Positions 60,632 to 64,000 of a stretch of 64,000 bases of DNA are shown in pieces. The DNA lies in the NCBI GenBank assembly GCA_963764165.1, contig CAVXRD010000002.1:192001-256000 (forward strand), written 5' to 3'. The translations under genes and the position numbers were made by a program. Every line of letters begins with the position of its first letter. Positions within the stretch are counted from its first letter, which is position 1. This DNA comes from an uncultured Verrucomicrobiae bacterium. Its GTDB lineage: Bacteria > Verrucomicrobiota > Verrucomicrobiia > Limisphaerales > Palsa-1400. The notes under the pieces are model-generated. The model worked only from the letters and a program-made list of their open reading frames with translations, was not told the origin of the DNA and did not search any database.

Positions 60632-63600
60632 TCAATCACGAGGCACCAGGCAGGTTTTCGCCAGTCGATCGTGAAGGCCGCGTTCCGGGAGGAGCGCAGC
60701 CCACATCACAGCGGCTGTTCCCACGATAATTGCGCCCGCCAATAATGCTTCCTGCCCCAGCGACTCCAAGCTTCCGACATTGAGCAGCGCCACAACCAGC
60801 GGCCCTGACGCGAGCGCCGGAAGCCAGGCAATAAAAGAGCGAAGGAGCATGCGGCGCCGGGAGGCCTCTGCGCCGTCCTGCCGGACGATGGCCACTCCAA
60901 GCGTCCGAATCAGGATTCCGCCACGAAAGAGGCATGCGGCAAAGCTGGCGCCCGCGCAAAAAACCAAGCCGAAGTAGACGACCGCCAGCGCCACGAGAAC
61001 CGGGTGCGGCACGTTGATGTCAAAATGATTCTCATCCTCCACGAGCTTCCCTTTCAGCATGGGCTCGACAACCTTCGCCGCTTCCTTGAACTCTTCCTCG
61101 CTGGGAGCGGGACGCTTCGCGATCAAGTCCATGGCGGCCTTTCGCTGATTTTCTGGCAGCGAGAAGTTTGATGGCGCCGTTTAAAGCGGTAACATTGGTG
61201 ACCGTCCCGCGGAAACGCCCGGCGATGTAAGTCTCCATCGCCTCGCAGGCGCGGGCATCCGCCCCGAAACGCGAACCGTCAACAACAATTCCGTTTGCCT
61301 GATTGAAGCAAGGCGCCAGGTCCACCGGCGTCGCGGGAGGTTCCAGGGTCATGGCAAGAATCTCGACGCTCGCGTTTTTCGGCAAAGTAATGCTTTCCGG
61401 TGTTTGCTTGGCGGCAAGCGGCACCGTGTAACCGTACAAACAGGCTTTGCAGTTGGTTTGCCCGCCATCGCCGTCCTGGAAATGGGTCAAGTCAACTACA
61501 TGATTCTCTCCGCGGTATTCTTCCGGGTCCCGCCAATCGCTGAACTCCTGCACATGGAATAATTTCTTCCCGTCGGTGTATTTGATGTGGAGGAGCTGCT
61601 TGCGCTGATGTCCCTGCACGGCCGCGCCCACCAAAGTGAGGTTTGTGAAATTCCCGGGGGGCAGCGGGATCGTTTGCCCGACGGACGCGACCACATCCGG
61701 CGCATTGGGCGGCCCAAATTTAAACGGGATGCCGCTCCATGTCATCGACGCCCCGACCGCGCTTGCGGGCACGGCGTGCCCGGAGCCATCAAATCCGCCG
61801 GCGGGCGAAGAGTTTGTTCGCAGCGAGGCCAGTTCTGTCAAACATCCGCCAAGAGCGTCAAGTTCTGTCGCTTGAGTGCGCGCGCCATAAGCCTTCGCCA
61901 CATAGAACCCGATGCAGACCACCATGCCAACGAATAACGGCAGGGCGCAGCAGGCAGCCATCAACGAGAAACGGCGCCGCCGAGAGACGGTGGCGAGATT
62001 GTTGAGAAGCGGCCTGAGATGTTCGACCAGCAAACTGGGGTTGATCGCGGTTTGCAGCTCCCGCAAAATGTCGTGGGCATGCAACGGAAGCGGAACCGCC
62101 ACCGAGGCAGGCCGGGCCTCCGCTGCCGCCACCGTGCGCCCTTCCAACGCGGAAACCACCACTTGGTTGAGAAATAAATCAGGGCTTGTGTTGGTGCCGG
62201 CATGAGGGTTTTGCGATGGCGATTCACAACCCGGCGCGGGAAAATCCAGCAGTTTGGCCCGGCCATCGGCGGTGATCCAAACGTGACCCAGAGCCAGGAT
62301 TTCGGGCGATGACTGGCTCTTTTGCCCGAGGTCAATTTCTTCGGCCAAGTCCAGAAGCCAGAAACGAACCCGGCTCCACGGTTGCCGCTGGGTGATCAAC
62401 GCCATCAAAGGTTTTCCTGGCACTGCTTCGTAAGCGTCCCAATGCTCTCCGGCAGCGTGCCTCCCGTTCAACCACCGCAAGCGCCCCACGCGGCCGAGGT
62501 TCCGCAAAGAGGCAGGAATGGGCGGCGCGCCTGGAGGCAATTTGCGTATCCAAACTTTCCTGTTCAGCCGTGGATCAAATCCAAGCAGCACCTCGTCAGA
62601 GTCGCATTTTCGGAGCGTCTCAAGAACTTGATACGGTCCCATCTGCGGCGCGGAGGGAAGCGCACCCGTCTCTTCCTTCGCGGATTCCAAGCCGGGACGA
62701 GCTTCCTGATACGACTGCCGGATGACGCGCGTGCCAGTCAGCAAGTCCTGCACCGCGGCGTAACCATTACGCCGCCGCGTCGTCGCAAAAAAGAGGCCTA
62801 GAATAATATATTGCGTGCCCGAAAAGCCGCCGAGGGCGATTGAGTTTCCGACCGTCTGCGGATGGTGTGAGAATGAGAGCCAGGTGAAGAGCCAGGTTGG
62901 CAGAACCGGCACCCATCGAACCAGCATGGCCCGCGCGGCGGCCCGCGGAATGCCGGGCAAACCACGATTGACCCCCACCACGCGAAGCCGGCAAATTCGT
63001 TTGCCCAGCGACGCGCCCCACAACCCTTCAAAAAGCGCAAAGTAAGCCACGGCCAGAGTTTCGGCAACGACTCCCAGCAAGAGTTGCCTGCTGCCGAACG
63101 GATTGGCCTGCGCGGAGACCGCCAATCGCTTCCCGAACGGCGCTGCCAGCGACGTAAAGATAATGCTGACCAAGGCCAGATCAATGCACCCCGCCGCAAA
63201 ACGCAGGCTGATAGTCGCGGGCGATGGCGCCGCGGAGCTGTATGGCATCAACGCGCTCCGAAAATCAGAATAGCTCTTGAAGCGTTTGCCGGGCTGTTTC
63301 TCGAGGCAGCGCAGGACGGTGCGGCAAAGTCCGCGCGGAAGTCCCTGGCGGAATTTGGCGGGGGATTCGGGTGGCCGCTCCAGCACCGTCGTGAGCATGC
63401 GCACCAGGTCATCGCCTTCGAATGGCGTGCGGCCCGTGAGCAGATAATAGAGTGTAACACCGACGGCGTAGATATCTCCTTGAATCGTGAATTCGTCCCC
63501 GCGCAATTGTTCGGGCGACGAAAATGCCGGCGTTCCCACAAACGAACCGGCCATCGTCAGCTTAGTGTCGTTATTACCGGAGGTTGAAACGGAAAGTCCG

Positions 63601-64000
63601 AAGTCGCCGACCTTGACGGTGCCGTCAGATTCGACAAAGCAGTTCGACGGTTTGACATCGCGGTGCAATACACCTACCGCCGCCGCCGCCTCCAAGCCCG
63701 CGATCACTTGCAGAATCGCGTCGACGGCGCGGGCGGTGGGCATGGGGCCGTGGTCAGCGACGCTCTCATCAAGCGTGCCGCCGCTGACGAGTTCCATGGC
63801 GATGACCGGCTGGCCATCGATTTCATCCGTGCCGAAGACATAGACCGTGTTGGGATGGCTGACCGAAGCGGCAAGCCGGCCTTCGCGAAGAAAGCGCTTC
63901 CGCGCCTCCGGCGAGTTGAGCGCATGACTCAGGACCTTCAGCGCGATGCGGCGGCCGCTTTCGACTTCCTCCGCCTCATACACCGCACCCATGCCACCCT
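60632..64000 (-). CDS. Multidomain membrane Ser/Thr kinase (kinase-RDD-degenerate kinase-TM-beta-sandwich-RDD); 5' end outside the window; frameshift near 61167-61169
   Basis: GGMGAVY, ALK, HRDVKPSN, DFG, GTPAFSSPE; RDD-type RFAAGCID/ASLGKRICRL and RGLHDRLAKT. Confidence 0.85.

Overview
GC-rich bacterial chromosomal window. The gene repertoire (prepilin/H-X9-DG protein, short RpoZ, GH44 with a lineage-type C-terminal module, many hybrid kinases) suggests Verrucomicrobiota, Pedosphaera/Limisphaerales-like; this is inference. Core and metabolic genes: GH44, Zn-amidohydrolase plus single-chain xanthine dehydrogenase, U32/RlhA, class II RNR (nrdJ), rpoZ-smpB, rpmB, tRNA-Gln(TTG), aceE-aceF-lpdA, prfC, a YtrA-type ABC operon, a MacAB-TolC-type exporter and a multidomain Ser/Thr kinase. 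The most striking content is non-coding. (1) Two near-identical IS1182-family elements are both inserted at the same nucleotide of the hairpin loop of a GTAG-tagged REP in a REPIN-like doublet, and an empty doublet is present at 50.8 kb. (2) The second copy is a nested stack: IS1182 inside a REPIN, inside an ISAs1-type MITE (perfect 22-bp TIRs, 10-bp TSD), inside further periodic inverted-repeat mini-elements. (3) Several unrelated families of short-period inverted-repeat elements recur at gene 3' ends, and some supply the stop codon. Unusual proteins include a LysR-UrtA(AmiC-like) fusion and an unannotated MotA/ExbB-like plus TM-Asp partner pair that may be an ion-driven motor. Three single-base frameshifts in short homopolymers are probably sequencing errors.
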